A stretch of DNA of 62,865 nt, the filler included, from Rhabdomonas costata (lineage: Eukaryota), in the NCBI GenBank assembly GCA_019059605.1. It is 41 parts of 41 records of this genome, joined end to end, with 100 filler letters (N's around TTAATTAATTAA, not from the genome) between each part and the next. Parts side by side here need not be neighbours in the genome. Positions count along the whole stretch, not along the records: positions 1 to 1,436 come from JAHMHO010015990.1; positions 1,537 to 2,972 come from JAHMHO010015991.1; positions 3,073 to 4,509 come from JAHMHO010015992.1; positions 4,610 to 6,045 come from JAHMHO010015993.1; positions 6,146 to 7,582 come from JAHMHO010015994.1; positions 7,683 to 9,117 come from JAHMHO010015995.1; positions 9,218 to 10,654 come from JAHMHO010015996.1; positions 10,755 to 12,190 come from JAHMHO010015997.1; 33 more parts are not named here. One strand, given 5' to 3'. Numbering within the stretch: position 1 is the stretch's first letter; every line of letters begins with the position of its first letter. A program made the translations under genes and the position numbers. Shown here piece after piece: positions 1 to 12,502 of the stretch. A model generated the notes under the pieces. That model saw only the letters and a program-made list of their open reading frames with translations, was not told where the DNA came from and did no database searches.

Positions 1-146
1 AACGCCCCCCACTCCCCCCCACCCCCCAAAAAGTTTTTTGAAGAGAGGCCCGGTCACAACTCCAGGACAAAGCCCAACCCAGTCAGAAAGCCGAATCAGC
101 CCGTGCCATACGCTCCATACTTACACGGCACTGGGCCCCCTAACAG

Positions 147-1436
147 GCCATTGTGATTCTGCGATGGGAATGCGCCTCCGTGTCGGTGGTGTACACCGTG
201 CTCGGGGCCACGGTGCCGCTGGCGGACTCTGGACTTACGGCAGCGCTTACGGCCGTGCAGAACGGGGACGGGGGCGTCTCGGCGATCTCTGTTATGACAA
301 TCACCGCGGCTGACCTGAACCCAACCACCACTACCACTACCACTACAACTACTACCAGTACCTCCACCACTGTTGCCACCACCAGCACCACGTCCACCAC
401 CACCACCACCTATCCCACGACAACCGGCGTGTTCAGCACCTCGGCGACGTCATCGTACCCCTACGTTCTGGCGTTGTCAGACTCCCAGTATGCATTCGTT
501 TGCAACACATCTTGTTTTTTTTTCGTTTTTCGCCTTCGATTTCGTTGCGTTGGCGCGCTGCAGGGTGGTAGATGAGTTGCAGCGGAATGGTGTAGTGCGT
601 TGGGTGGAAGACGGCAGAGGCCTAGGGGAACGGGCGTTGGAAAAGGAGGACGAAGAGGGCTACTTCATTAAACAACCCAGCAGCAAGCTCACTTCTCAAT
701 CCAATTAAAAATATGCTTTTTATCGCAGCAGTTGGGAGCTTTTCGTTCCCTCCCTATTTTTGTGTGCTGTGTGAAGCACTTTTTCTCGAGATGCTCCTTC
801 CCTTCCAGGCTAGTCCGGACGGTGCGGTGCTGGTAATCATGCTTACCATGTTTAACAAGTTATTCTCGTTATCGATGCCTGGGAGTGTTCCCTGATATAC
901 AAGACAGCACTGTGCGTCGGCATACCCATGGGGTTCTGCTATCTCCGTTGTTACGGAATTCTTTCGCTCCGTTTCATGCACATGTTTATTCTCGTACAGT
1001 TGGCTTTGTTTGCTCGTGTTAGAACATGTTTGTGTGATCAAAAGATGGAAAGGAAACACGCAGACGGACGCGCGCGCACACACGTGCAGCAGAGCGATGA
1101 TGAAAAGCTGCCACTAAGGTAAGACGGGCCCAGCCCATTTTAGCACTGTTGTCAGACGTGGGATGCATGGCTCACCAGAGAACATGCCAGGATCCTCTGC
1201 ATCTCGGCTTCTTTTTTTTTTGCTCCGGATCGGGATCGTCGTCCTTGTGCCGACCTTCTAACCCCCAACCCCTTCCTCTCAGAAGCAGCGGCAACCCTGC
1301 GTTGTACGCCCTGCTAGCCCTGCTTGTCATCCCAGTCGCCCTGGCCTTCGGAGTCATCCTGTGGGTCTTCTGCCGGCGGCGTCATCGCAAAGCACCTCCA
1401 GAGCTGCCGCCCTCCACCGCCGCGCCTTTCCCCACC
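147..1436 (+). CDS. Partial Thr-rich (mucin-like) type I membrane protein, 2 exons
   Basis: Exon from AG at 145-146: AIVILRWECASVSVVYTVLG...ADLNPTTTTTTTTTTTSTSTT, with a phase-2 GT donor at 455 or 488. Second exon follows polypyrimidine+AG at 1281-1282: SSGNPALYALLALLVIPVALAFGVILWVFCRRRHRK (TM helix plus basic stop-transfer), then a Pro-rich tail to the contig end. Phases match. Confidence 0.7.
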
Positions 1437-1536
1437 NNNNNNNNNNNNNNNNNNNNNNNNNNNNNNNNNNNNNNNNNNNNTTAATTAATTAANNNNNNNN
1501 NNNNNNNNNNNNNNNNNNNNNNNNNNNNNNNNNNNN
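1437..1536. other. Artificial contig spacer (first of 40): 44 N + TTAATTAATTAA + 44 N
   Basis: The same 100-nt block recurs every ~1,536 nt. The central 12-mer puts stops in all six frames. 41 contigs averaging ~1,436 nt plus 40 x 100 nt account for the window length. Confidence 0.99.
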
Positions 1537-1683
1537 GGGTTTGTGTTGCAGCCAGGTGACCAGGCTACAACACAGCAACTAACCGCCATCGCCAGTGTTC
1601 GGAGGATTCTGTTGTCGGGTCCCCGCCACGGCCTAAACCCGTGCAGATCAGTGCGCCCCCCGCACTCCCTTCAAGTCAGCAGC

Positions 1684-2972
1684 TCAGGCTGCGCCTTCTC
1701 CGGCTCCCCTCTTCAGCTGTTCCTGTTGCAGCATAAAGTACGGAGGGGCACCCCCAGGTCGAGCGGTCAGAATTTCACAGCCGCCCTCGGTGACTATAAG
1801 TGTCTCCTCAAACTGAGCCGACCGATGTCCGTCCTGTGTGAAGCAGACAAAGCGCGGAAGATGTGTGTAGTTCTCAACTCGATTCTCTCGGACAGCATCA
1901 TTGAACACCGATAACCAACCCTATAATTATCCAACGCAGCGAGAAAACGCAGCAAGCAGTTGCTCAACTTTTTTTAATCAACAATCATGATCCCAGCAAA
2001 ATTCGGGGTTGTGTGGTGATCGGCGCCTCCAGGAGTCACTCTAAAAACGGAACGGGGCACTACCGCACCGCACTGCAGGCACAGATAAAGACACAAGCAG
2101 GCCCTGGTGCAGCAGGTCCAATTGTCTGGCCAGAGAATGTCCGGGTGCGCGCCAAGGTTGATCATTGGCTCAATGGTGAAGATGTGACCCACCTCCATAA
2201 CCCCAGGAGACTTGTTCTTGGCGTAGTGAGGGATGGTGGGGTTGGTATGGAAAAGTTTGTGAATGCCGTGCCTGAGTTCCCAACCACGTTATAGGTCAAA
2301 AAAAGTGAAAAGCACAGAAACATTCAAAAACAGTTTACAGCCACTGACGTGTGTCAGGTCGTCGCTCCTGTTCGTACTAGAGTGAGGGTTTGGAATCTCA
2401 GGGCGAAAAAAAAGGCAAGTTGCCGAGACCAAAATTGCGATCAAAGGAAATGAAAAAAGTGCATTTCAAGCAAAAAATTTTTTTGCCACGGGTCCCATTT
2501 GTCTACGACACAACCCTATTACAGGCAAGTGTGAGAAGGATTTCCGTCTGATTCTGCAAGGAAAAATTCCGGAAGGAAAAATTGCAACTTGGGGTAAAAA
2601 AAGGGGGGGGGAAAGGGTAAAAAATGCTTTGCAAAAGAGTGCAAAAAAGTGCACGTCAAGCCAAATTTTTTTTGGAGGGGTCAAAAATGCTATTATCCGG
2701 TGGGCGAAACAGAAAGCGGGAAGAACTGCTTTGTTTGCTTTGTCCTGAATCCCCAAAGTCCTGCACTAGCAACAACTGCTTCCTTAACCTTTTCATAGGG
2801 TACTTCTTCAGTGGGGTTTTCTTCCTACATGCATGTGCAGCATAGGCAGGAAAGACAAACCCGCAGTAGGTTCGGTTCACGCTGAGCTTACGCTCGTGGG
2901 CGATTTGCTCGATGATATTTCCCAAGTTGCGGTACAGAAAGCCCGGTCGCACGGCAGCAATCGCAGCCTGAG
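1684..2972 (-). CDS. METAP1: Methionine aminopeptidase type 1, C-terminal 3 exons (2972-2861, 2271-2103, 1833-1684)
   Basis: Spliced: [76 protein letters not shown]...[33 protein letters not shown]...*. Carries the MetAP1 motifs [13 protein letters not shown], WPDxWT and SAQFE. Intron 2860-2272 is GT-AG; intron 2102-1834 is GC-AG. Confidence 0.96.
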
Positions 2973-3078
2973 NNNNNNNNNNNNNNNNNNNNNNNNNNNN
3001 NNNNNNNNNNNNNNNNTTAATTAATTAANNNNNNNNNNNNNNNNNNNNNNNNNNNNNNNNNNNNNNNNNNNNGGGTGT

Positions 3079-3120
3079 TGTGGAGAACAACGAGCCCCCG
3101 GGACCTCGTTGTTCTCCACA
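3079..3120. repeat. Perfect 16-bp inverted repeat with 10-nt loop
   Basis: TGTGGAGAACAACGAG (3079-3094) and CTCGTTGTTCTCCACA (3105-3120) are exact reverse complements. Confidence 0.95.
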
Positions 3121-4192
3121 GCGCGCTTGTGCCATTGTCGGTGCCAAACTGGCTCTTTAGATTATGTAGATTGTTGATACCCTGCTGCATTACCGTTTTG
3201 TGCTGTATGACGTTTGTTTTTGCGCTGTTACTACTGTGAAAAGGTTGCCTTGTCGTTTTGAACGGAGGGTTATGGAGCTGCCAGTGGTGGCCGAAGCATC
3301 GCGCATTGTTCGTTCTCCAGTCTTGCGCAGAGCAAATTACAAGATGATTACAAGATGACTCGCATGTATTAGCTGAATCCGACTCGCTTCAGGCTGAACG
3401 TGGGTGGTGTTTATATGTTTGGGTGGCATGTTCCATGGTCCATGTCACAAAGCTCAACACATACACACCGCATATTCTGGGTGCGTTGCCGAACTGGCTG
3501 GCGTAAAATTTCTGCGACTTCTGCGCGTCATATCTGGCAGCCCCAAGCGGAACTACAAAGGCACAATTCAAACGGCGAAACCCACCGTTGTGGTCACCAC
3601 TATCCACCCGTAACCAAGTTCAGGAAGATACCGAGACGCGTGGGCTTTCGTTGGTTTGTGTCATCATGGGTTCCGGGTAGGGTTTCCGGCTTCGGGTTGC
3701 GGCGCCAGTCGTCTTAAGTCTCCGGGTTGCGGGTTACCTTTTCTGGATATGACGCCGGGACTGGGGTTTGGGTCCGCTTCAAAGGATGTGCATCCAGGAC
3801 CGTGGGTTTGCTTCCCCGTGTCAGGTTCTGGCGTTCCGGCGGGTTAAAAACGGCCTTCGGCGTTCGGGGTTGCTTCTCTTGGCCTTCTTGTTTCGGGGTT
3901 GGGTTTCGGGTTGCCGTTTTCGTTGTAACTTTGGGTTCACTGGCCGTGCGTGTAGCTTCAGCTACGGGTGTGGGTTCGCGGTTTCGTTGGTGTGAGTTGT
4001 GTTGTTGTGTGTCAAGTTCAGTCCTTCCGCTTAATTTCGTTGGTTCTGGTTTGCGCGCCGACGTATGTGTTCTTTCTTTGCCTCCGTAGTTGCTCTGGTG
4101 TCCTTCGCTGAGACTTTGCCTATGTTTACGCCGTCTATTTGCCGTTTATTTGCCGTCCTTCCACTGTGACGTCACCTGGAACGCACAGCCTT

Positions 4193-4509
4193 CCTGGGAA
4201 TCACACATTCGTCGAAATGGAGGGTTGAAGGGAGGGATGAGGTCGGACCGGTTTCAGTAAGGGAGAGGGAAACATTCAACAACAGAACCTCTCCCGGACA
4301 CCACCCATCTCTGTCTCTGTCGTCAGTTGTGCTGCTTTTGATATGTTGATCTTGCTCTGTTTTTTCACCCAGGACGATCAGCTGACCGACGCCACCACAT
4401 GGATCACTCCCCGTACTTTGCTGAGCATCTTGAGGCTGTCTCAGGCTCTGGTCCCTGGGAATCACACATTCGTCGAAATGGAGGGTTGAAGGGAGGGATG
4501 AGGTCGGAC
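4193..4509. repeat. 56-bp exact direct repeat (4193-4248 and 4454-4509)
   Basis: CCTGGGAATCACACATTCGTCGAAATGGAGGGTTGAAGGGAGGGATGAGGTCGGAC occurs twice, 261 nt apart. The second copy runs to the contig end. Confidence 0.95.
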
Positions 4510-5250
4510 NNNNNNNNNNNNNNNNNNNNNNNNNNNNNNNNNNNNNNNNNNNNTTAATTAATTAANNNNNNNNNNNNNNNNNNNNNNNNNNNNNNNNNNN
4601 NNNNNNNNNGTTTTTGGGGTTTTTGGGGATTTAGTGGTTTTTAAAGGTTCTGCAGTATTGGTGGTTATTAGCATATCACCCGCCCGCATCAGGAGTTCTC
4701 TGATTCCCCTCTGGAAGGGGAAGGGGTTGCATACCAACACAGGGAACTGTGTAGATGTGAAACGTATGTTCTTCGGCGCCATGTGCTTTCAAGTGACCTT
4801 TTCGTATGGTGGTTGTGCTGCCGGAACGCACGCAAGGTGAGTAGAACAAGAGGTCGTCGGACGTGTTCAGAGACCTCCTTTCCCACTGTTATGCCAAAGT
4901 CGACTCTTCACAGAAAATGCCTCAGCTCATTGATCGCCACCTTGAGTCAGTAAAAAAAACCGCCATCCGAAAAGCTGCGGCGCCAGCAGTGCAGGGCAGA
5001 AGTGATGCAGCAAATGTCTCAACCAGGCATGTCGGTCGTGAAAACGAATACAAGAAGCTTCCTGTGAGCTTCTGGCAAGGATTGATTGATGAGTGATTAC
5101 TCAGAGAAGATCTCGCTGACAAACGGCTATTCCCGCTCTGGCGAGTCCATCATGCCACTTCAGCTGTCCCGCAGGAGCTGGTCCCCCTCGACCAGTAAGT
5201 GCAACAGCAGTTGGCGCTGCGTGTGGCAGTCCCACACGGAAAGGCCCCAC

Positions 5251-5733
5251 TCACAGGAGGATGTGCTCGAGTTTGGCGCAGATCAGCGGGGGCACCGACT
5301 TGGCGCACTTGAACGGGGGGTGCTTCAGGTGACGCGGGATGCGGGTGTTCTCCTGGGTGTTCACACGCTTCAACATGAACTTGCAGCGGTTGGGGTTGTA
5401 GTGCCGCGTGAAGGGGCACTCCTAATTGCAAACCAGAAACCCATCAACGAATGAGGCACGCACTCACACAACACTAGGCAATTCCTGTGAAACGCAGAAA
5501 TTGCTCACCTTCTTCTGCAGGATAAGTTTGAAGGCGTAAAACCTCTGGTCCCCCTCCACAATGTCCTCCGGGTTGACTCCGGTCTCCAGGGACTCCTGGT
5601 AGATCAAGTGGCGGTTGTACCGCGACAGGGGGTTGTGGAAGAGTTCCCAGGCCTTGCCGTTCTGCTCCTCCTCCTTCCAGACCTTGTCCGGGTTCAGGTG
5701 CTTGTAGTCATGGTTCTGGTGAATCACCCGCAT
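5251..5733 (-). CDS. Uncharacterised protein, probable last 2 exons (5733-5509, 5421-5251)
   Basis: Polypyrimidine+CAG|MRVIHQNHDYKHLNPDKVWKEEEQNGKAWELFHNP...FKLILQKK|GTGAGC, an 87-nt intron ending TAG, then ECPFTRHYNPNRCKFMLKRVNTQEN...KLEHILL*. Strong GC3 codon bias and phase-0 junction. Family not recognised. Confidence 0.8.
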
Positions 5734-5895
5734 CTGCGCAATCAAAAAGAAGAAGCAATCAATGGAAGCAAGCGCTCGGATAGAAAAGTCATTGATGTAA
5801 AACCTCACTGCAACGCCAGTTTCCGTTCTAGTTGTCGAATTCCCCTCGGCCGAGACACGACGAGACAGCTGCATCTTTCCGTATCACGCCTAGGA

Positions 5896-6042
5896 TAGAA
5901 GGCCTGCAGGCAAGCCCTTCCGAATGGCTGAAAACAAAAAGACTTGTAAATGAAGCTGTTCACAAAAACACACCCGCGTACAATGACTGCCTGAGTCTAG
6001 AAGGCCTGCAGGCAAGCCCTTCCGAATGGCTGAAAACAAAAA
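5896..6042. repeat. 45-bp exact direct repeat (5896-5940, 5998-6042)
   Basis: TAGAAGGCCTGCAGGCAAGCCCTTCCGAATGGCTGAAAACAAAAA twice, period 102, at the contig end. Confidence 0.93.
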
Positions 6043-8707
6043 CACNNNNNNNNNNNNNNNNNNNNNNNNNNNNNNNNNNNNNNNNNNNNTTAATTAATTA
6101 ANNNNNNNNNNNNNNNNNNNNNNNNNNNNNNNNNNNNNNNNNNNNGGGTAAGCCTCGTCTTGGGGAGGGTAAGAGGAGATCCGGTGACGGAGAAGCAAGA
6201 AGATCTTGAATTATTGACCCCCTTTTTTACGGTGTGGTAGGGCATTTTAAAAAATCGAGCTTTGCCATATGGCGAGCAGCAGAAAACTCAATAGATCGGC
6301 GGCGAAAAGTGCCTTTTGGTTGCCTACGTCGTCGCTTCGCTCCGTGCCAACCGCCCACAGACGGACTACAAATGATGGCAATGATGACAATGCAAAAACA
6401 ATTGGTTCAAAAATCACAAAGGACACGGCAAACCGCTGCAAATTATGGCCAAAGGCCCTAAAATGCCCCGTTTTGGCCCTTCAGCTGTCTACGGAGAAGC
6501 ATTAACTGCCAAGTCCCTGTCCATGTTCCACAGCTGCATGGAGTACTCCTGGAATCTCATGGTGTGAAGGGTAAAAGTCGCGGACGACTGGAATCTTCCA
6601 GCAACCAGTGAATCGTCAAAAAAAAGGAGCGAGGGGGGCCTCTGTCCCTTTTGTAAAACGCCTAAGTAAAAACCCCGTACAAGGCCCTATTTGGACAAGT
6701 GTAATATCAGAGGATAGGAAAGGTGAAACCGGTGCCGAAAATCCTTTCTTCACAAGACAAACCCTTTTGGTCCTGAAGACACACTGAAGGCACACTGAAT
6801 TTTCGAGATCGCCACTGAAGACAGTTGAAGACAGCTGAGATCTTGAATTGTTGACCCGACAAAGCTCGATTCGAAAAAGCCCCATCACACAGTAAAAAAT
6901 GGTTATGGTCGTTCAGACCGTCAACTGGGGTTAGCGGGCTCGCGCACAAGCACACCAGATCAAATCCGAAACATGCTTGAAACCATCAGCACGGCACATT
7001 TTCCGTTGTGCCCGCGGACATGGCACCGTTATTCCCAATTATTGCGCTCTCTCTCTGCTTCTCGGGTTTTTTGGCGGTAAGATGAACACATGAATGTACA
7101 CACATGGCGCTGTACTGCCGCTGTGCTGTTGTAGCCTGAATTCGTGCCACGGCACCCTGTGTATGTAAGGAAGGACTCTGCCTTACCCTTTGCCGTCTGT
7201 CGTTTGTGGGTGCGTACATATTTTCCTTCAGAAAGAAGTTGTAAGGTTAGGATTGTGAACGCACTTCTTGGTTTGTTCAACAATCGTCTCTCCATAGAAA
7301 TTCTTCCAGCTTGCGTTAACAGCTTCTATGAACCGGAATTTGATGACCGGAACGGTGAATGAGCTGAAGTTGTGTTATGAATCATCATTTGAATCACAAT
7401 CATGCGATGTTTTGCCTCTGTTCCTCTCATGTTCTCTATTGCGTGCCTGCTGACGTTTGCTCTGCACTTTTCGTCTGCTTGTGCAGCAGCCCTTTTTTCA
7501 TTGCTCTTTATATTCTCTTTACGGGTGCTTTTTTTTTGCCTTTTTCGATTTAGAGGCTTCATCGAAAAAGGGAAAAAAAAACNNNNNNNNNNNNNNNNNN
7601 NNNNNNNNNNNNNNNNNNNNNNNNNNTTAATTAATTAANNNNNNNNNNNNNNNNNNNNNNNNNNNNNNNNNNNNNNNNNNNNGGGTGGGGTGGTAGTGGG
7701 AAATGGAATGCTGACAGTGGTTATCTCGTTCCAAAGGAAAGTTCAAGAGAAGGCACATTGCGATTTCGCCCCGCGTGCAATTGCGCTACCACCAGCAACC
7801 TTGCCCTCGTCATATTGGAGGAAGACCCCCCATGGCCTCTGTTGAACAATTACCTGGACATTGTTGCTGTCAGTATGCGTGGCCCTTTTTAAGCCCCCTA
7901 TGGTGAAATGAAGGCAGAAATTGCTTGAAATAGGAACTCCGACGTTGCCACTGTAAATGTTGTGTTTACATGCTTTGAAGTGCGCTCAATTTTGAGAATG
8001 ACTAGAGTGGTGGGCACCATATTGCCAATGTTTGTCTCCGAGCAGAGATTTGGGCCTGCACCGCTTCGTTCACCCTCCCTTCTGCTTTTCCGAGCGCAAG
8101 CACTCTGGCAACTGGCAGCCGCGGATCCAATGCGGAGTTCTATCCGCATGGTGGCCGTGCCCGGGGGCAAGCTGCGGGCACGGAGAGGTCCAGTGGTCTG
8201 CGGAATGTGGGACGAGTGCCCCTGACTGGTGCGGAGGATCGTGCCGCCTCGCAGCCGGCTCCCCTCGACGGGTCCTCCCCTGGACTATCTCAAGAGGAGC
8301 GCGACCTTGCGCTGGCATGCTTGCGCTTTTTTGTGTATGGTGGTCACAGTCATTTTTAAGTGTATGTTGTCTGTGTGACGCATGAACGCCTAAGAGGGAA
8401 GTGATAAGAGAAAAACGAAAAGGGGCCGGGAAGAGGCGGGAAGGAAGCCGGGAAGACTTTATATATATAGGCTGTAAAATGCGAAAACAGGCAACGTGTG
8501 CGATGACGACGAACACGAATGGGAAATAATAGGGTGCCCCAGTCGCTCCATGCATATGGTCGCTGTATCCACCCTTTGTCAACCCAGTGCATTTTTTTGG
8601 CGTATTTTGTTTTTTTCCCAAAGGCTTGAGCACTGGTCAGAGTTAGGTTAAGGTGCGCAAGCGTTTCCTTGTGCCTTTCTTGCCTTTTTTTTTTGTCCTT
8701 GTCGCAG

Positions 8708-8809
8708 GCTGTGGAGCTTCAGCGGGCTTTCGACCGTGAGGAGGCCGAGTTAGTGGAGGCCTCCACTCACCATCATCACCCCTCTCGCTGGAGCTCTGAC
8801 AGGCTGCTG
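8708..8809 (+). CDS. Putative internal exon of an unknown protein
   Basis: Long T-rich tract + GCAG acceptor, 34 open codons (AVELQRAFDREEAELVEASTHHHHPSRWSSDRLL), GT donor at 8810. Confidence 0.4.
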
Positions 8810-9990
8810 GTTGGACCACCCTCCTCAGTCGTGCCCTGTGACGCTCTCCATGTAGTACTGTCGAGCTTTTATCTGCAATGGACCTAAACAGAGCCGGAGA
8901 CTAACGCGGCGAGCTTCTGTGATGCGTTTGCTGCCCGCCACCAGCCATACACAGCCAGCACCTGATCTAGCAAAAGCAAACAAAAAATAACAGAAGTGTT
9001 TACAATGTCCAGAGGTCAGCTTAGAAATGGTGGAAAATAAGAGGAGGAGAGGGGACAGCAAACCCCTTAAAACAGGCGATTTTATCACAAACTAAGGCCA
9101 GCAAAACACACAAAAACNNNNNNNNNNNNNNNNNNNNNNNNNNNNNNNNNNNNNNNNNNNNTTAATTAATTAANNNNNNNNNNNNNNNNNNNNNNNNNNN
9201 NNNNNNNNNNNNNNNNNGGGGTGGGTGCACCAGAGAAAAGAAAAAAGAGAGAGAGGAGCGCGGAAGGATTTGACCTTTGAGGATGAGGTGGTCGGGGGAG
9301 TGGAAACGGTGGTAACCAATGGTAACAGTTGATTTTGAGTCAGGCCACGTAGTCATAAAACACGTCGTAACAGGGCCTCCCGATGATGCATCTGCCCAAG
9401 CCTGGGCCTCCGCCTAAATGTGCCCCACTTTGACCGCCAAAATCCAGTGACAGGCCAGTTTCTCGTCAACAGTTGCCATTTCAAGCCGCCATCGATATGC
9501 ATACGAGCCGCACACCTAAACTTCTTAAACGGGCAAACACATCAAAGTCGGCACCGTTGCGCTGGTGTCCCTATCCCCTTGTTCCATGACGCCTGAGGGT
9601 TTTGGGTCCAAGTTACGTAACCCTGACATAGATGCAAAAAAAGTAACGAGCTTTCAGTCAGCTTTGTGTTAGCAATGCAAACCGAGACAAAGGCGGTTGT
9701 CAGCAGTAAACTCCCCTTCCAACCGGCACCGCCATCCACCTGCGAAATATATCTGGCATCGTGGGTGTTGAGCAAGATATACCCAACCCTATATCAGCTT
9801 TGTTTTCCACAGTTGCAGAGGGCGAAGAATAAGCTTGCGTTCGTCTAAATTTACATTAACCTTTTCATTCTTGGGGATCCTACTTAACCTCCGGCCTATT
9901 ACCTCCCACCTATTAGGATCACAGGAAGATCTTTGAATCTTTCAAGGAGGGACTTCAGAGGATCGGATGAATGTATGTCAACTGCCCGAC

Positions 9991-10581
9991 CTCGGTGAAG
10001 GGCGCTCCTCCCTCTTTGTTAACCAGCTGCGCCACGGCCACCACGGTGTCGTCAAACGTCACGGGCATGCAGAGCATGGACTTGGTGCGGTAGCCGGTCT
10101 TCAGGTCGACTTCGCGGTTGAACCGTGGATCCTGGAAGACAAGAAGATATAGGGCAAGTTCATCAGATCAGAAGGGGATTCCAGCCAAACATACCAACCC
10201 AAATACAGACCCAAAAGGGTGGGACACACCTTTGCAAACATTCTGCCAAACAGAGGCAGTAAGCAAGGTGAAGTGGGGCGCCACTCATTAGTAACGGCGG
10301 GGGCAAGTGGCCAGAAGCGTTGATCGCAAAAAGAGATTAAAAGAAAAGAAAGAAAAGAAAACAAAACAAAGGCCTTGGAACGAAAAAACAACTTCAAGGA
10401 CTGGTTCGCAGAGGTTAGCAATGGTGGTGGTGGTGGTGACGGTGGTGGTGGTGAGCAAAAAATGAACAAGAGCGAAAAATAAAGAAGGATGTTGAAGATT
10501 GTTTCAAAGGAGGAAACAAACCCACGGAGGGCCCACCTGATAAGCGTCAGAGATGTTGACCGTCACACCAGGATGTGTGGC
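9991..10581 (-). CDS. GAF domain, similar to euglenozoan PDEB-type cAMP phosphodiesterases; 2 exons (10581-10537, 10131-9991)
   Basis: ATHPGVTVNISDAYQ|DPRFNREVDLKTGYRTKSMLCMPVTFDDTVVAVAQLVNKEGGAPFTE. Shows the NIxDAYxDPRFN, TGYRTKSxLCMP and NK...F elements of cyclic-nucleotide-binding GAFs. GT-AG intron, phase 0. The catalytic domain is not in the contig. Confidence 0.9.
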
Positions 10582-12290
10582 CTGAGATGAAATGGGAAGA
10601 TCGAAAGCATAGAGAGCACGGGAACCGGAAGCAAGCAGTCAAAAAGCACCCCGTNNNNNNNNNNNNNNNNNNNNNNNNNNNNNNNNNNNNNNNNNNNNTT
10701 AATTAATTAANNNNNNNNNNNNNNNNNNNNNNNNNNNNNNNNNNNNNNNNNNNNCAGCGGCGACCATTGGTGCAGAGGGCAAGAAAGAAGGCAACAGAGA
10801 ACGAGCAGTGCGTTAGGCTCCATTCCACTTCTGTTCCGTGGGAACTCAGCTCAGATTCATTTCATCTGAAATGGTTCAAACTTGGGCCATTACCTCCCGG
10901 AGAGTCTGTTGATCCCGGATGCTGGACCGCTTGAGATATCCGATGGCGACGTTCCAGTGTCAGGCGCCCTCTGTCAAGCAGCGGCCACAGCGCCGTAAGA
11001 GAAAAGGTGGGCGGTTTATTGGAGGACTTCGTGTGTGTATGGATTGGAGTGGATTGAGTGCAAGAATACCCTTATCAATGAAAACTGTTATCAACGTCCC
11101 CATATCCAACCCACTCACATGTAACCCAACGCCAACTTCGACTTCAACATCACGGCACAAGCCACAGACCTCAGCCAGGGATGCAGGGTGTCATAATGCG
11201 AAGCATACAGAGATACGCCCCACTGATTGGATTGCGGCTGAGAAGAACTTCAAGCTCATCGCAAAACTGGATCCAACACCTTTGAGTTTAAGAATCAATA
11301 GAACAATTTGGATCTCAATTTTGAAGGCATCCAATCCAGCCCCTGTCACCTGCCCTTTTTTTCTTGGAGTTGCAGTCGCTGCTTTGGCTGTGAACGAATG
11401 CTTTTTGTTTTCTTACATAACTCTGCCAGCATGGTGTGAAAGACACGCCACTGCAAGTGAATGAGAAAGGCATGACACAGCACGGAGAGGAGGGGTGAAG
11501 GGAGTAAGATTCGCTGTATGTAGCCCCCCTTGGTGACCGGGCTAAAAAAGGAAGGGGAACGTGCCGTGGGGGTCCAAGGATGCCCTCCAGCGACTCATCG
11601 ATAGAGGGCCCCGCACGGCCGCCAGCAGGGAGCACATCCCCGTGTGCAACCGCCGCAGAGGGGAGGCCGCCGGCGGCGACCCCACACGAGCCCGCGGAGC
11701 CAGCGGGGACCTCCTCACAGAGGGCCTTTGCACAACACATACTTACATACCACATGGCACATGGAAATGAAGGATGTAAGATGCTAACTCCCACACTCGT
11801 CTACGGTTCACGGGCTGCACACGACGGTGTGCCAGGGCGTGTACGTACTCAACCGTTGCATGGGCCTGCGCTGTCCAAAATGAGTCCTTCGGATAACATC
11901 ATTCCAGCCTCCTCAAAACCCTACTCACGATCGACTTTTTCATTTTGCGTTGCAGGCAGCAGGAAGGGCAGGAAAGGGAAAAGTGCGGTCTGGTTAACCC
12001 TCCCACACATCCACAAGAAAAAAGTACTAGGAACTCGACACAGAGAAGACCAACGCATCCGTACTATGAACAAAGTAGCTTGTCAGGGACAAGCAAACGT
12101 TGTCCCGCGTTCAAAGTCCGGCGCACACACCAGGGGCACAGAAACGAAGAGGAGAGAAGCGGGGCACACGTAATCCGGCGCAAACAAACCNNNNNNNNNN
12201 NNNNNNNNNNNNNNNNNNNNNNNNNNNNNNNNNNTTAATTAATTAANNNNNNNNNNNNNNNNNNNNNNNNNNNNNNNNNNNNNNNNNNNN

Positions 12291-12502
12291 GTGCCTTGGG
12301 GTCTGGGCAGGAGTTTCTTGCGGAGTCGCAACGGCACTATGTGTTCTTGGGGGAGTCCTTGCGCGACATTCTGGCGCTGGACCCCACGCGTGCCGAGAGG
12401 GGGGCCCGGGCCCTTTTGCGGAGGGTCTGCGGGTATTCCGAGGACAACAAGACAGTGCTGAGGGAGGTGCTTGCGGCGCAAAGGCTGCTGTCTCTGCCCT
12501 GA
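12291..12502 (+). CDS. Putative terminal exon of an unknown helical protein
   Basis: GC3-rich open frame from the contig start: QEFLAESQRHYVFLGESLRDILALDPTRAERGARALLRRVCGYSEDNKTVLREVLAAQRLLSLP*. Confidence 0.55.

Noticed and set aside
3640..3990. Recurrent GGGTT/CCGGGT words suggesting telomeric repeats
   Set aside because: No TTAGGG array or fixed period; only compositional skew.
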